This document shows positions 1-10,514 of a stretch of DNA of 64,000 nucleotides, piece after piece (positions within the stretch are counted from its first letter, which is position 1; every line of letters begins with the position of its first letter). The position numbers were made by a program, and so were the translations under genes. The DNA is from a virus: positions 1-64,000 of IMG/VR virus record IMGVR_UViG_3300033998_000095; one strand, 5' to 3'. Below the pieces are notes generated by a model. That model did no database searches and had not been told where the DNA came from. It was given only the letters and a program-made list of their open reading frames with translations.

Positions 1-233
1 GTAACAATCTCTAAAGTTCCACCATTATTCTTTAACTTTGGACCACCTGTACCAATATAAAATGTAGATGAACTTGTTCCTAAATCTGTGTTTTGAACAT
101 GCCTTTTTGCAACAGCATCATCAATTAATGGCCCAGTAGAGTCTAGATCAGAAAACTGATTAACACTACCTGATTTTAATGCCAAATCTGGAAATATTTT
201 CATCTGATTATTAGCTATCTTTGTGGTTGGCAA
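1..233 (-). CDS. 5' part of a tail fibre-like gene (runs off the window; not in the ORF track)
   Basis: SD AAGGAG precedes TTG at 233; translation MPTTKIANNQMKIFPDLALKSGSVNQFSDLDSTGPLIDDAVAKRHVQNTDLGTSSSTFYIG matches the segment VALKSDSVNQFFDLNSDGYQIDMAVSKMHDQNTDTGTNNTSFYIG of fibre 6549..9443. Confidence 0.7.
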   Translation of the reverse strand, partial: MPTTKIANNQMKIFPDLALKSGSVNQFSDLDSTGPLIDDAVAKRHVQNTDLGTSSSTFYIGTGGPKLKNNGGTLEIV

Positions 234-270
234 TTATTATCTCACTCCTTGTAGCTATATTATTTTTTAC

Positions 271-957
271 TTATCCAAATATTGTAATTACAAATGTGTT
301 TTGCTGTGATGTATTGTTTGTGATATTTAATATACTACCTGTTGAATTTACCCATAGAGAGCACATACTATCATTTGTTTCTATATATCTGTTAGATGAA
401 GTATCCAAGATATATACTTTAATAATTGTATCTAAAAAAGTTTTATTTTCTTTATACATTAAATTACATGCAGCAAATGATAATGTGCTTGTACTACCAG
501 CATTTATAACCATAGTATGTTTTGCAAATGAAACCATATTACCAATATCCAAATTTGGAGATACATCAAATGGAGTTACAGATGTAATAGCTGATGATGA
601 TGTAATTACCTTTGCAATACATATTTTATTAAATCCATTTGGTTCTGCTGATGATGAGTATGTTATGTTTAATATATTTCTATTTGTTCCTCTACTCAAA
701 TATACATATACAGTACTATTTGTTGGTAGTGTTATAGAATCATTAACTAAAGAATGATAACCTCCAAGAAATACATGTGTATTGACAATATTAAGTGTAA
801 GACCAGATATAGAATAAGAGATTCTTCTATTAGCATATGACAACCCTATTTTTGGTTCAAAATTAATAAAATCAAGAGCATCTACTTCACTTTTAGTGTA
901 AATGTCATTTTCCATATATTCAAAATATTTAGTTGGTTTATTAAATTTATATACCAT
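271..957 (-). CDS. tail fibre/baseplate accessory protein
   Basis: N-terminus MVYKFNKPTKYFE and C-terminal domain shared with 1000..3582; tail-module context. Confidence 0.55.
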   Translation of the reverse strand: MVYKFNKPTKYFEYMENDIYTKSEVDALDFINFEPKIGLSYANRRISYSISGLTLNIVNTHVFLGGYHSLVNDSITLPTNSTVYVYLSRGTNRNILNITYSSSAEPNGFNKICIAKVITSSSAITSVTPFDVSPNLDIGNMVSFAKHTMVINAGSTSTLSFAACNLMYKENKTFLDTIIKVYILDTSSNRYIETNDSMCSLWVNSTGSILNITNNTSQQNTFVITIFG

Positions 958-999
958 TTAATTTATATATAACATTCCTTTCTTTATAATATTATATCA

Positions 1000-3582
1000 C
1001 TAATCACCTATAATAATTAAAGATATATTCTGCGTTGTGGAATAATTTGATTTGATATATAATTTTGTTAAATCAGATGATTTTGAGACAGTAAATGTAT
1101 TGTCTAAATAATAATTTAAACCATCTTGTCTATATATAGAGTATATAATATTATCAAAATTAGTAATATCTAATTGGATATTATTGTAGGTTATTTCTCC
1201 ATTTGCTGGAATAGAAATGTTTTTTAACATTATCTTTTTATGATTATAATAATCTGGTAATGATAATTCTCTTACTTCATATAATTCTTGTGATATGGGG
1301 TCTGTAGCATTTGTTGTTATTTTTGCCAATAATATACGTTGTGCAGTATTAGATAATTTAACAGTATCAACATACAAACTAATATTATTATTATTTAATA
1401 TAGCATAAATATAATTATCTGTATTAGGATTTAAAGCAACATCTTCATTAGGTAGATAATATAATCTTCCATCCATATATATGGGGAAATTTACTACAGT
1501 TGCTGCTAATCCAGAGGAAGGTACTGTATATATGTATCTAGATGTTTGATTAACATTATTTAAGAAATCTTGTAGATTTTGATTAAAGTAGAAGCGTTGT
1601 CTCCATGATTCATAGGAAACACCAGCATAATAACCATAAATAGGATGCCATCCAAATCTTCCTTGCATATCAAACCAAGGTCCTAAAAAAATATTATGTT
1701 GTGTAATTGTATTTGTGTTTTTATCATAACTATCTATATGTGTTCCTGCCTCTCCTCCAACAGTACCAAATACGCTACCACTATAGAATATTCCATTTTC
1801 TATAAATCCATTTATACTGCGTACATATCTAGCCACTCCATCTCCATATGATGTTGCACTAGTATTAGCTTCAGATGCACTGATTCTTGGGCTTTTATTC
1901 CAGGTTGCTCCATTATCAGAAGTCCATACAACTACAGATCTTCCATAATCATTCACATCAGTGCAAATCCAATATACAGTATTTGTGTTGAAATCATAAC
2001 CCCATGCATCTCTTCTTATATACAAAGAAGAGGGTGGTACTGGCAATGTAATATTCATATCAGTATAAGATATATTAAAATTAGACCCAATATTTATTTT
2101 ATATACTTTAAAATTACTATCATATATATAATGACTTACATTACTTCCTGATTTATAAATAAACCATTTACCTCTATCATGTATAGGTATTCTAGAATCA
2201 GGATTAATTTGAGTTAATATTCTCCATTGTCCAGGTAAAAGATCTACTTTATCATCAAGCATATTTATCTTTGAAATATACATTACAGAATTACCATATT
2301 TCTGACTTTTTCCTGCTGTAATTATATAATCATCTATAAAAAATCCAGCTCTATAATTTTGTTTAGCATATGGACAACTGTCTATTACATCACGTGTTTG
2401 ATCTGGATATACTCTGACCATTGTATTGGCATCATTTATATTATTAAAATAAAATGATGATATACGAACAGGTAAGCCACCATGCATACCAATATGTGGT
2501 ATATATAACACATTATTATATTTATCAAATGATAAAGAATATGTATTTGAACCATAAAATGTAGAAATTCCTTTGCAATTAGTAGAATTAAAAAAATTAT
2601 ATTCAGATATGTCTCTAGGAATTAGATAAGAATATGAAACAGTACCATTATTTCTCATTATATCATCTAATTTAATAGATATAACAAAAGATTTAACTGA
2701 TAATGTTCTTAAATTAGGTTGTATCCAGAAATATATAATACATTGAAGATGTATTAATAACTCACCAGTATTATAGTTAAATGCACAGCCTAATCCTCTA
2801 TATGCTAAACCCTTTGAATCAATACCATAATAAGCATTTATATCTACATCTACATTCATATCAAAGATTTCATACGAATTTATAAAATCAAGTGTATTAA
2901 GATCATACATATATAATTTGATTTTACCCCAGCCAGTTAAGTTCTCAGCAGCATCTACACATTTAACAACATATAATTTATTATAATTTACATCAACACA
3001 ACATGATTGTAATTGTGTCAAGAATAATGCTTGTGATAGTTCTTGTGATAGTGGTGTTAATAAATTGAATCCAATTTTTGCAGTTAAATTTTGTTTTAAT
3101 TGCCATGTCATTTCGTTATAGTCTGCATTTGTTTTGATTAACCAAAAATTATACGAAGCAGAATTATCATTGTTTATTGTTTTAATACTAGCAACTATAT
3201 AATCACTACACACATAGTCAATATAATCTATAAATTGATTATTTAATAAAAATGGTGGTTTCAATGGTGTATTTTCAAATATAAATGTTTCTGATGGAGC
3301 ATATCTGTATGCTTTAAAATAAGAATTTGTATTTGGATTTCCTTCTGAACCTGGTAATAATAATATCTCTCTTCCTTTATTATCTACGAACATGTGAAAG
3401 GGGACATTCCACAATGTAAATGCAAATTTCAAATATCCATATACTGGAATTGTTTTTTCATCTAAATAACCTGTTTTTGTAATATATGGTTTATAATCTC
3501 TCTCTTCTACTTCTGGTTTTAAAAAGTAATTTGTTTCAAGATCTTCAAAGTATTTAGGTGATTTATTATATTTGTAAACCAT
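1000..3582 (-). CDS. putative receptor-binding/tail spike protein (beta-rich, Asp-box-like WTSDNGATW)
   Basis: 860-aa ORF; BNR/Asp-box motif; both termini paralogous to 271..957. Confidence 0.55.
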   Translation of the reverse strand: MVYKYNKSPKYFEDLETNYFLKPEVEERDYKPYITKTGYLDEKTIPVYGYLKFAFTLWNVPFHMFVDNKGREILLLPGSEGNPNTNSYFKAYRYAPSETFIFENTPLKPPFLLNNQFIDYIDYVCSDYIVASIKTINNDNSASYNFWLIKTNADYNEMTWQLKQNLTAKIGFNLLTPLSQELSQALFLTQLQSCCVDVNYNKLYVVKCVDAAENLTGWGKIKLYMYDLNTLDFINSYEIFDMNVDVDINAYYGIDSKGLAYRGLGCAFNYNTGELLIHLQCIIYFWIQPNLRTLSVKSFVISIKLDDIMRNNGTVSYSYLIPRDISEYNFFNSTNCKGISTFYGSNTYSLSFDKYNNVLYIPHIGMHGGLPVRISSFYFNNINDANTMVRVYPDQTRDVIDSCPYAKQNYRAGFFIDDYIITAGKSQKYGNSVMYISKINMLDDKVDLLPGQWRILTQINPDSRIPIHDRGKWFIYKSGSNVSHYIYDSNFKVYKINIGSNFNISYTDMNITLPVPPSSLYIRRDAWGYDFNTNTVYWICTDVNDYGRSVVVWTSDNGATWNKSPRISASEANTSATSYGDGVARYVRSINGFIENGIFYSGSVFGTVGGEAGTHIDSYDKNTNTITQHNIFLGPWFDMQGRFGWHPIYGYYAGVSYESWRQRFYFNQNLQDFLNNVNQTSRYIYTVPSSGLAATVVNFPIYMDGRLYYLPNEDVALNPNTDNYIYAILNNNNISLYVDTVKLSNTAQRILLAKITTNATDPISQELYEVRELSLPDYYNHKKIMLKNISIPANGEITYNNIQLDITNFDNIIYSIYRQDGLNYYLDNTFTVSKSSDLTKLYIKSNYSTTQNISLIIIGD

Positions 3583-3603
3583 TGATATATATTTATAACT
3601 CCT

Positions 3604-6537
3604 TTAATTTAGTAATATAATAGAATTTTCTGTTATATAAAAAATCTTACCAGTCTCTGGATTGGTGACTTCTCTTGGATAACCAAATACATCTTGAGCA
3701 GTTAGTCCTGTTTCGACCCATTGGTTATTAATATATTTATATACCTTTCCACTTTGTGCATCTACAATTGTTTTATAATCTGCTCCACCAGTTAGAACAA
3801 TATTTTGATAATAACTATTTGCTTGAGATGCATTACAATAACCATAGGATTGCTTACCTTTAAATACAGCTAATCTTGAATCGCTATTTAAATCAACTAT
3901 CATTTCTGATGCTGGTTCATAAACATCACTATTCCATTTTGTGCCTAATACTCTTATATAATCACCTTGTCGTTCAACTTTTACTCTTATTCTTTTACCA
4001 GCCCAATAACCTTCACCTGAATTTGGAGATGTATTGACAATGTCGTAATCTCTCACTACAACAGTCCACGCATTATTATTATATGATATACCAAGTATTT
4101 TTCTATGAAAAGTACCACCATATGTACAAGTAGCAGATAATACATAGTTTTTACCCTCAGTTGCATTATATGTGTGTGCAATAACTACACCTATCATATC
4201 ATCGTCATTAGAAGGAGATGTCAATGTAACCTCGTGTGTATAATAATCTAATTTTTCTTTGCTTACAAATCCATTGTAATAATCACTATTATATGTTTGC
4301 TTAATAGAATCTAATGCAGCATCATATACCCATGTTTTATATGGATCTCTATCTGGTGCTAATGATATATTATCATAATATTCATCAGCAGTACTATGCA
4401 TAGCAAATACACCCCAGTTATTATATATAGCTTGCATAGATGGTGGTACAAATGAATTTAATATTGCTGTAGTTTCTGCAGTAGTAGCATATATAAATCC
4501 ATTTGTTGGAGGTAATGGTAATGTATCATATATATATTGTTTTAATAGTGAAACATTAGATGATGTTCTATTTGTTGGTTGCTGTTCAACTAATTCTAAT
4601 GCATTTTTAATATGTGCAATCCTATTGTGAAATGGAGAAGGAAATGGATTAATATCCCATTCATATTTTTTAGTTGTTGTTATGAATCTAGCTAATGCTA
4701 TTTCATCTTTTACTGGTGGTTGAAATCTATTGACTAATAATGATTTTGTATATTCAATAGGATTTGTAATCTGTACTACAATTCTATCTCCATTTTTGAC
4801 AAATATTCTATTAGTATCTCCATACCATATAATATTTTGATTTGTACCATCATGGCTGGTTTCACCAATTACATCTGAATTTAGCTTTATTAATCCAGAT
4901 AATGATCCAAGTTCACCTGGTATTAATCTAAAGTTAACATCAACAGTATTAAATACAGACATGGGTGTTTCAGTTATAACGTTATTATTATTATCCAAAA
5001 ACTCAACTAACTCTTGTGTACTTAATCCATAAGTAAATGATATTGGAGAAGTTGAATTATCATGATATCTCAACAAGAATTTATAAATAGTGTATCCTTC
5101 TTCATCTAATGATAATAAAGGTAATTCTGAAGCAGTATAAGTATCATAAATTGGAACAACTACTCTTGATTCAGATCCACCAGCATGTATATTTTCATCA
5201 TCAGATAGATTATTCCATAAAGGATGATCACCATAAGTTTGTCTTAAGAATCCAACATTTACAGGTGTTCTATCATAATTATCTGTAAAATATGCACCAT
5301 AGTTGACAGCTAAATAATTTGCTGTTCTAAAGAAACCAGAATAAGTACCATTTATAGCAGTATCTAAATCAGGTATATGTTCACCATGATCTGTTATAAT
5401 AAATATACCATTCTTATTTTCTCTAAATGTAACTAAATTATTTATACATGAATCTGTTATAAGTTTACTGTTTGTATATTTTGTGGAAAATAATAAAACA
5501 CAACAATATTGATCCAATTCTGAATATGTTGCATCTAATAGACCACTTGCATAATCAGATCTAACTTTGTATGTAGGAGTATATCCAATAATACTACAAA
5601 CTTTATCTATAGATGTTTTAAAATCAGAAGAAGCAGTACCTTTTATATAATAAGGATCACCAGATATAGCATCTCCTAATATTAATATCTTTTTATTCCC
5701 ACTTGATACTTTAGCTGGATTAGCAATATAATTGATTGCATTAGCAAGATATTTATAAGATGCTGACATTGCGCTAAAGGTTGTCCATGATGTATTACAT
5801 TGTCCATTATACCATTTAGGGAAACCACCATCAAACAATACATTGCCTAATCCATCTTCAACTACAGCTATAAATGGATTAGGTGGTGTTAAATTATCAT
5901 ATGCAATATATTTTGCAATAGTTGGATTTGTTCCATCTGTTGTATAAACTAAATCTTGAACAGAGTTATCAATTATTATTTCAATTTTTATAGGTGAGGA
6001 ATATATTTTAGCCTCTGGTTCTAATATAATTGGTGTAGTATATTCTATTTCCTGAGCTAATAAAGTAAAAGGACTTTGTTGTATATCTAAATATTGATAT
6101 GTATTATTAAAACTCAAACATTTAATATATTCTATATTTGTTTGACTAATAATATTAATAGTGATATCTGTAAATGATTCTATATTATCTATGATAATAT
6201 AATCTAAACTATTAACATTCCAATTCAAATTGGATGTTATACTAGATGAAGATGTTATAGATCCAGTTCCTATTATAGTAAATGAGGAAGGTAAGTTAGA
6301 TATACCCAAAGAACAACTACCTTCAGATGATATATATCCTCCTCCAATGATTACCAATGAAAGAGATTTAGTAGCATAATTCTTATACAAATATAATGCT
6401 AAGCATCCATTTTCAAGATCTTGGTTTATATATGTTGATATGTTGTTTTCATAAAATAACTGGGAAGATATATTATCTTTATAAGGAATTAAATTAAAAT
6501 CTTCTAAATAATACTTTTTTAAAGATATAGTCATCAA
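3604..6537 (-). CDS. virion structural/tail-associated multidomain protein
   Basis: 977-aa ORF between fibre genes; Fn3-associated-like motif VYTTDGTNP; lectin/beta-sandwich-like C-terminus. Confidence 0.5.
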   Translation of the reverse strand: MMTISLKKYYLEDFNLIPYKDNISSQLFYENNISTYINQDLENGCLALYLYKNYATKSLSLVIIGGGYISSEGSCSLGISNLPSSFTIIGTGSITSSSSITSNLNWNVNSLDYIIIDNIESFTDITINIISQTNIEYIKCLSFNNTYQYLDIQQSPFTLLAQEIEYTTPIILEPEAKIYSSPIKIEIIIDNSVQDLVYTTDGTNPTIAKYIAYDNLTPPNPFIAVVEDGLGNVLFDGGFPKWYNGQCNTSWTTFSAMSASYKYLANAINYIANPAKVSSGNKKILILGDAISGDPYYIKGTASSDFKTSIDKVCSIIGYTPTYKVRSDYASGLLDATYSELDQYCCVLLFSTKYTNSKLITDSCINNLVTFRENKNGIFIITDHGEHIPDLDTAINGTYSGFFRTANYLAVNYGAYFTDNYDRTPVNVGFLRQTYGDHPLWNNLSDDENIHAGGSESRVVVPIYDTYTASELPLLSLDEEGYTIYKFLLRYHDNSTSPISFTYGLSTQELVEFLDNNNNVITETPMSVFNTVDVNFRLIPGELGSLSGLIKLNSDVIGETSHDGTNQNIIWYGDTNRIFVKNGDRIVVQITNPIEYTKSLLVNRFQPPVKDEIALARFITTTKKYEWDINPFPSPFHNRIAHIKNALELVEQQPTNRTSSNVSLLKQYIYDTLPLPPTNGFIYATTAETTAILNSFVPPSMQAIYNNWGVFAMHSTADEYYDNISLAPDRDPYKTWVYDAALDSIKQTYNSDYYNGFVSKEKLDYYTHEVTLTSPSNDDDMIGVVIAHTYNATEGKNYVLSATCTYGGTFHRKILGISYNNNAWTVVVRDYDIVNTSPNSGEGYWAGKRIRVKVERQGDYIRVLGTKWNSDVYEPASEMIVDLNSDSRLAVFKGKQSYGYCNASQANSYYQNIVLTGGADYKTIVDAQSGKVYKYINNQWVETGLTAQDVFGYPREVTNPETGKIFYITENSIILLN

Positions 6538-6548
6538 TAATTCCTACT

Positions 6549-9443
6549 TTATTTAATAGTTATATAAAAAGATATTGTGGATGTATGGTTGTTTATAACT
6601 CTTACATATCTATTATCTCTTATAGCCACAGTTGCAACTGCTTCACTATTAATCCACATATTTTGAGTAACACTTCCAGATACACTATCTAAAATCTTAA
6701 CATCAACTATTCTACTACGTGCATCTGTATCAGTACCAAATGTCAGCCAAGTATCATATTCCCAATAACTACCAGCATTAACATTAGCTGTTGTTGAATA
6801 TGTTAATGTATATGGATGAAAATCTACAACTTTAACAAAAGCAGTGCTATCGAAGCCATCTAACAAATCAGCATCTAATCCAGACCCAGTACCATCTACT
6901 GTTTTTAGTTTTGTTAAAATATTATCGATACTAACATTAGTAGCTATAGATGCATCTGCAGACCCATCAAATTGTGCTGATCCAGTTACATCACCAGATA
7001 ATGTTATATTTCTGGGTGTTTCTAAATATGCAGCAGATCCTGTTATATCAATATTATATGTGCCTGATAACCTTGGTGGACTTATTATACCAGTATCTAA
7101 ATGACTTGCATCTGTATAAAATGAACTGTCTCTACCATCTAATAAATCAGCATCTAATCCAGAATCTGAACCATCTACAGTTGATATCATCATTAATAAT
7201 TGCAAAGCTGTAAACTGAGAAGCATCCAGTTTAAGGTCAAGTTGTTCAGCAAGTCCAGTTATATTATCCATAGTATGATTATGACTGTTATCTAATACTT
7301 CAGTTATAATAGTTACATTAGAACTACCATCAAATTGCACAGATCCAGTTACATCTCCATTTAATTCTATTGTTCTAGAATTTGTAAGCATATTAGCACT
7401 TGATGCAGTGCCAGAAATATTTATATCATATGTTCCACTCAGCCTACTGGGGGATAGTATACCTGCATTTATATTGGAAGCATCTCTATAAAAAGAACCC
7501 TCATATCCATCCAATAAATCAGCATCTAATCCAGAATCTGAACCATCTACAGTCTTAATCCTATCCAATAATTCCTGAGGAGTAAAATCAGCAGAATCTA
7601 GTTTGCTGTCAAGAATAGATTGTAAGTTAGTTATATTATCTATAATGTGATTATGAGAATTATCAGCAACAGTAACTGTTATATTGACATTACTACTACC
7701 ATCGAAGTTAACTGCACCAGATACATCACCAGATAATCTTATTTCTCGTGCTGTATTAAGTTTACTAGCAGAAGAAGCATTAGCATTAATGGAACCTGAA
7801 GTATCTCTAACAGGAATTGTATTAGCTATATTAATTAAACTCGCATGATATCCATCCAATAAATCAGCATCTAATCCAGAATCTGAACCATCTACTGTCA
7901 ATAATAGATTTAAAATGGTAGATGCTCCAAATGTAGATGTATCCATTTTTGAATCCAAAATAGCCTGTAAACCATTTATATTATCTATAGTATGATTATG
8001 AGAAGCATCCACAACAGTAGTTGTTATTGACATATTTCCAGATGCATCAAAAGACGCACCACCAACTACATCTCCAATTAAAGTTATAGTATTACCTTGC
8101 AATACTATAGTTTTTTCATCACCAAATAATCCAGCTTGCCATTTATCTATAGTTTCATTCCATATCAAAGATGATTGTGTAACTGATCCTCTGTTGACTT
8201 CTATACCAGCATTTTCAGTTGGTGTACTTCCACTATAGTTACTATTTAATACTAAAATGTTATCAGCAATGGATACCACTTCAGAATTTATAATAGTCTG
8301 TGTTCCCTTAACAGTTAAATTGTTGACAGTTAAATCAGCATAATTAGAATCATCATAAGATTTTAATTCTAACGATCCTGATACATTTTTTAATAATACA
8401 CCATTAGTACCAATATAAAATGAAGTATTATTAGTACCAGTATCAGTATTTTGATCATGCATTTTGCTTACAGCCATATCTATTTGATATCCATCACTAT
8501 TCAAATCAAAAAACTGATTTACTGAATCTGATTTTAATGCAACGTTTGTCAAATCAAGAAATAATTGTGGTTTATTTAATACATTATCCCAATCTACTTG
8601 TTTCTTACCATCAGTAGATGTACCTTCAAAAAAGTTATCAATTTGTGGTCTAGTATAATATCTAGAATCAAGAGCACCATTATCTAAATCATATATAGTA
8701 TATGTACCAAATTCTTCAAGTTCACTATTGGCAAAACCCCACATCTTAGATAAAAAGATCATTATATCTCCAGCATCCAATGGCTCCGTCATAGTGATAA
8801 TTTTAGTGGTGGGATCTAAAATGAAATCATATCCTTCTAATTGTAAAAGACCATTTCTATATAATGCATATTCTTTTACATACTCATCAAAATATAAAGA
8901 TATATCTAATGTTGTTTCTCCACCAAGAGCAGTCATAACATATTTCTTAGCAAGACGTTCTACAAATACAGGTTGTGCTAATTCTTCATCACTGAATGCT
9001 AATTGTTCATAGGCTAAATCAGTAGGAAATACATTTCCTGTTTTTGTTATTTTAAACAAAGCATAATGTTCTAATCCATTTAATTGAGTTTCAGGTATAA
9101 AAACTATTCTTGCTACAACAGGTGGATATTGCTTAACGTACTGATATTCAACTGCTAAATAATATACACCATCATTAAATGGCCACGTACCTGCTAATAT
9201 ATACATATCTGCAGTGAATTCAAGAACTACATAATCTTTAACTACAATACCTGGTGTTAAATGGAAATATACTTTGTTATCAGTGTCATACAATATATCC
9301 ATATCTAGACCAGATACTTTATATCTATCTCCACCACCAATAACAGTTAAATGATTAAGAATATCAGAATCAAGTTTACTTTTTGGATCTATTGTTCTTT
9401 TCTGTATACCAGACCAATTGCTTGTGGGAGTATATGTAGACAT
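6549..9443 (-). CDS. long tail fibre protein with DGSDSGLDADLLDG repeats
   Basis: four GLDADLLDG motifs alternating with LSGDVTGS-FDGS repeats typical of phage fibres; N-terminal anchor domain shared with 36013..37728. Confidence 0.8.
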   Translation of the reverse strand: MSTYTPTSNWSGIQKRTIDPKSKLDSDILNHLTVIGGGDRYKVSGLDMDILYDTDNKVYFHLTPGIVVKDYVVLEFTADMYILAGTWPFNDGVYYLAVEYQYVKQYPPVVARIVFIPETQLNGLEHYALFKITKTGNVFPTDLAYEQLAFSDEELAQPVFVERLAKKYVMTALGGETTLDISLYFDEYVKEYALYRNGLLQLEGYDFILDPTTKIITMTEPLDAGDIMIFLSKMWGFANSELEEFGTYTIYDLDNGALDSRYYTRPQIDNFFEGTSTDGKKQVDWDNVLNKPQLFLDLTNVALKSDSVNQFFDLNSDGYQIDMAVSKMHDQNTDTGTNNTSFYIGTNGVLLKNVSGSLELKSYDDSNYADLTVNNLTVKGTQTIINSEVVSIADNILVLNSNYSGSTPTENAGIEVNRGSVTQSSLIWNETIDKWQAGLFGDEKTIVLQGNTITLIGDVVGGASFDASGNMSITTTVVDASHNHTIDNINGLQAILDSKMDTSTFGASTILNLLLTVDGSDSGLDADLLDGYHASLINIANTIPVRDTSGSINANASSASKLNTAREIRLSGDVSGAVNFDGSSNVNITVTVADNSHNHIIDNITNLQSILDSKLDSADFTPQELLDRIKTVDGSDSGLDADLLDGYEGSFYRDASNINAGILSPSRLSGTYDINISGTASSANMLTNSRTIELNGDVTGSVQFDGSSNVTIITEVLDNSHNHTMDNITGLAEQLDLKLDASQFTALQLLMMISTVDGSDSGLDADLLDGRDSSFYTDASHLDTGIISPPRLSGTYNIDITGSAAYLETPRNITLSGDVTGSAQFDGSADASIATNVSIDNILTKLKTVDGTGSGLDADLLDGFDSTAFVKVVDFHPYTLTYSTTANVNAGSYWEYDTWLTFGTDTDARSRIVDVKILDSVSGSVTQNMWINSEAVATVAIRDNRYVRVINNHTSTISFYITIK
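7141..7895. repeat. three exact 38-bp direct repeats in the fibre gene (7141-7178, 7513-7550, 7858-7895)
   Basis: aataaatcagcatctaatccagaatctgaaccatctac x3; spacings of 372 and 345 bp are both in frame; degenerate fourth copy near 6862. Confidence 0.9.
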
Positions 9444-9463
9444 AATATAATAATTAACCTCCT

Positions 9464-10507
9464 TTATTCACTATCTTTCTTATATTTTTCTTCAGCTGCT
9501 TCTTGATTCATTCTGATAAATAGATAATTTTTATCATCTGTTTTAACCAATGAATAAAATCCCTTAACTTTATTACCAAAGAATTCAACTACTATAGTAC
9601 TACCCCATTTATATATTATACATTTACCTTTATCATAGATATCTACAGTTCCTGCACCATATTCTCCTTCAGGTATTTCACCTTTAAAAGACATCCATTT
9701 GAGATCATGATCTGGTGTTCTTACAGCGAGGATTCTTTCTCCATCTTTAGAAGGAATGTGTGCTTTTGGAAGAGCCCAAGAGGGTGCCTTATCTCCTTTT
9801 TTAATTCTTAAATCAAAATGATGATGAGAGGCATAATGATCATGTATTGTAAATCTTGTAGTAAATGGATAAGCTTCTTGATCTTCTCTTAAGGTATTCA
9901 TATATAAATGTCTGATATAATTTTCAATGATATTTGTATCTGATGCTCGTAATGATTTAATTATTTCCTCAACATATTCTAATCTGGTTTGAATATCTGT
10001 TACCTTTAATTCTTCATATATTTTATATCCAATTAGTTTATATATTTTAATTATATCATAATAAATAGACCATTGTTGTTCAGCTGTCATATATTCTTCA
10101 TCTATGGCAACTGGTAACAATATTAATACTGCTATATCTTCTTTGTCAACATTCATCAATTTATAAGTAGGAATCCATCCATCTAAATCAATATGTTTAG
10201 TTTTATTATAATAATAAGCTAATATATCTTCTAATGATCTATCCATTATTATCAAATCAACATCATCTGGAATAGATTGTTTTTGTTGAATTTCAGCACG
10301 TAATAATTCTTTTTCAAATTCTTCAAATAAACTTTCATTATCAGGATCTTCCCATGGGAGTGTTCTCTTTTCATGCTGCCATTGTCTTATGACCTTTATA
10401 GCCATTTCTTCAACTGTATAATATCCTTTTTTGGCAAGTTCATTAACTAAAGTTGTTTTACCAGAAGCAGCTGGACCTGTTATGATTACTATCTTTTTAT
10501 TGGACAT
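9464..10507 (-). CDS. P-loop kinase/ATPase (AAA_28/NadR-like) fused to a LigD-type 3'-phosphoesterase domain
   Basis: N-term GPAASGKTT and IMDRS; C-term HDHYASHHHFDLRI, SWALPK, LAVRTPDH and GEIPEGEYGAGTVDIYDKG match LigD PE motifs. Confidence 0.8.
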   Translation of the reverse strand: MSNKKIVIITGPAASGKTTLVNELAKKGYYTVEEMAIKVIRQWQHEKRTLPWEDPDNESLFEEFEKELLRAEIQQKQSIPDDVDLIIMDRSLEDILAYYYNKTKHIDLDGWIPTYKLMNVDKEDIAVLILLPVAIDEEYMTAEQQWSIYYDIIKIYKLIGYKIYEELKVTDIQTRLEYVEEIIKSLRASDTNIIENYIRHLYMNTLREDQEAYPFTTRFTIHDHYASHHHFDLRIKKGDKAPSWALPKAHIPSKDGERILAVRTPDHDLKWMSFKGEIPEGEYGAGTVDIYDKGKCIIYKWGSTIVVEFFGNKVKGFYSLVKTDDKNYLFIRMNQEAAEEKYKKDSE

Positions 10508-10514
10508 TATTACT

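Noticed and set aside
7141-7895. Repeats as a CRISPR array or DGR template/variable pair
   Set aside because: They are in-frame coding repeats spaced by more than 340 bp, with no adenine-specific variation and no reverse transcriptase or cas gene in the window.
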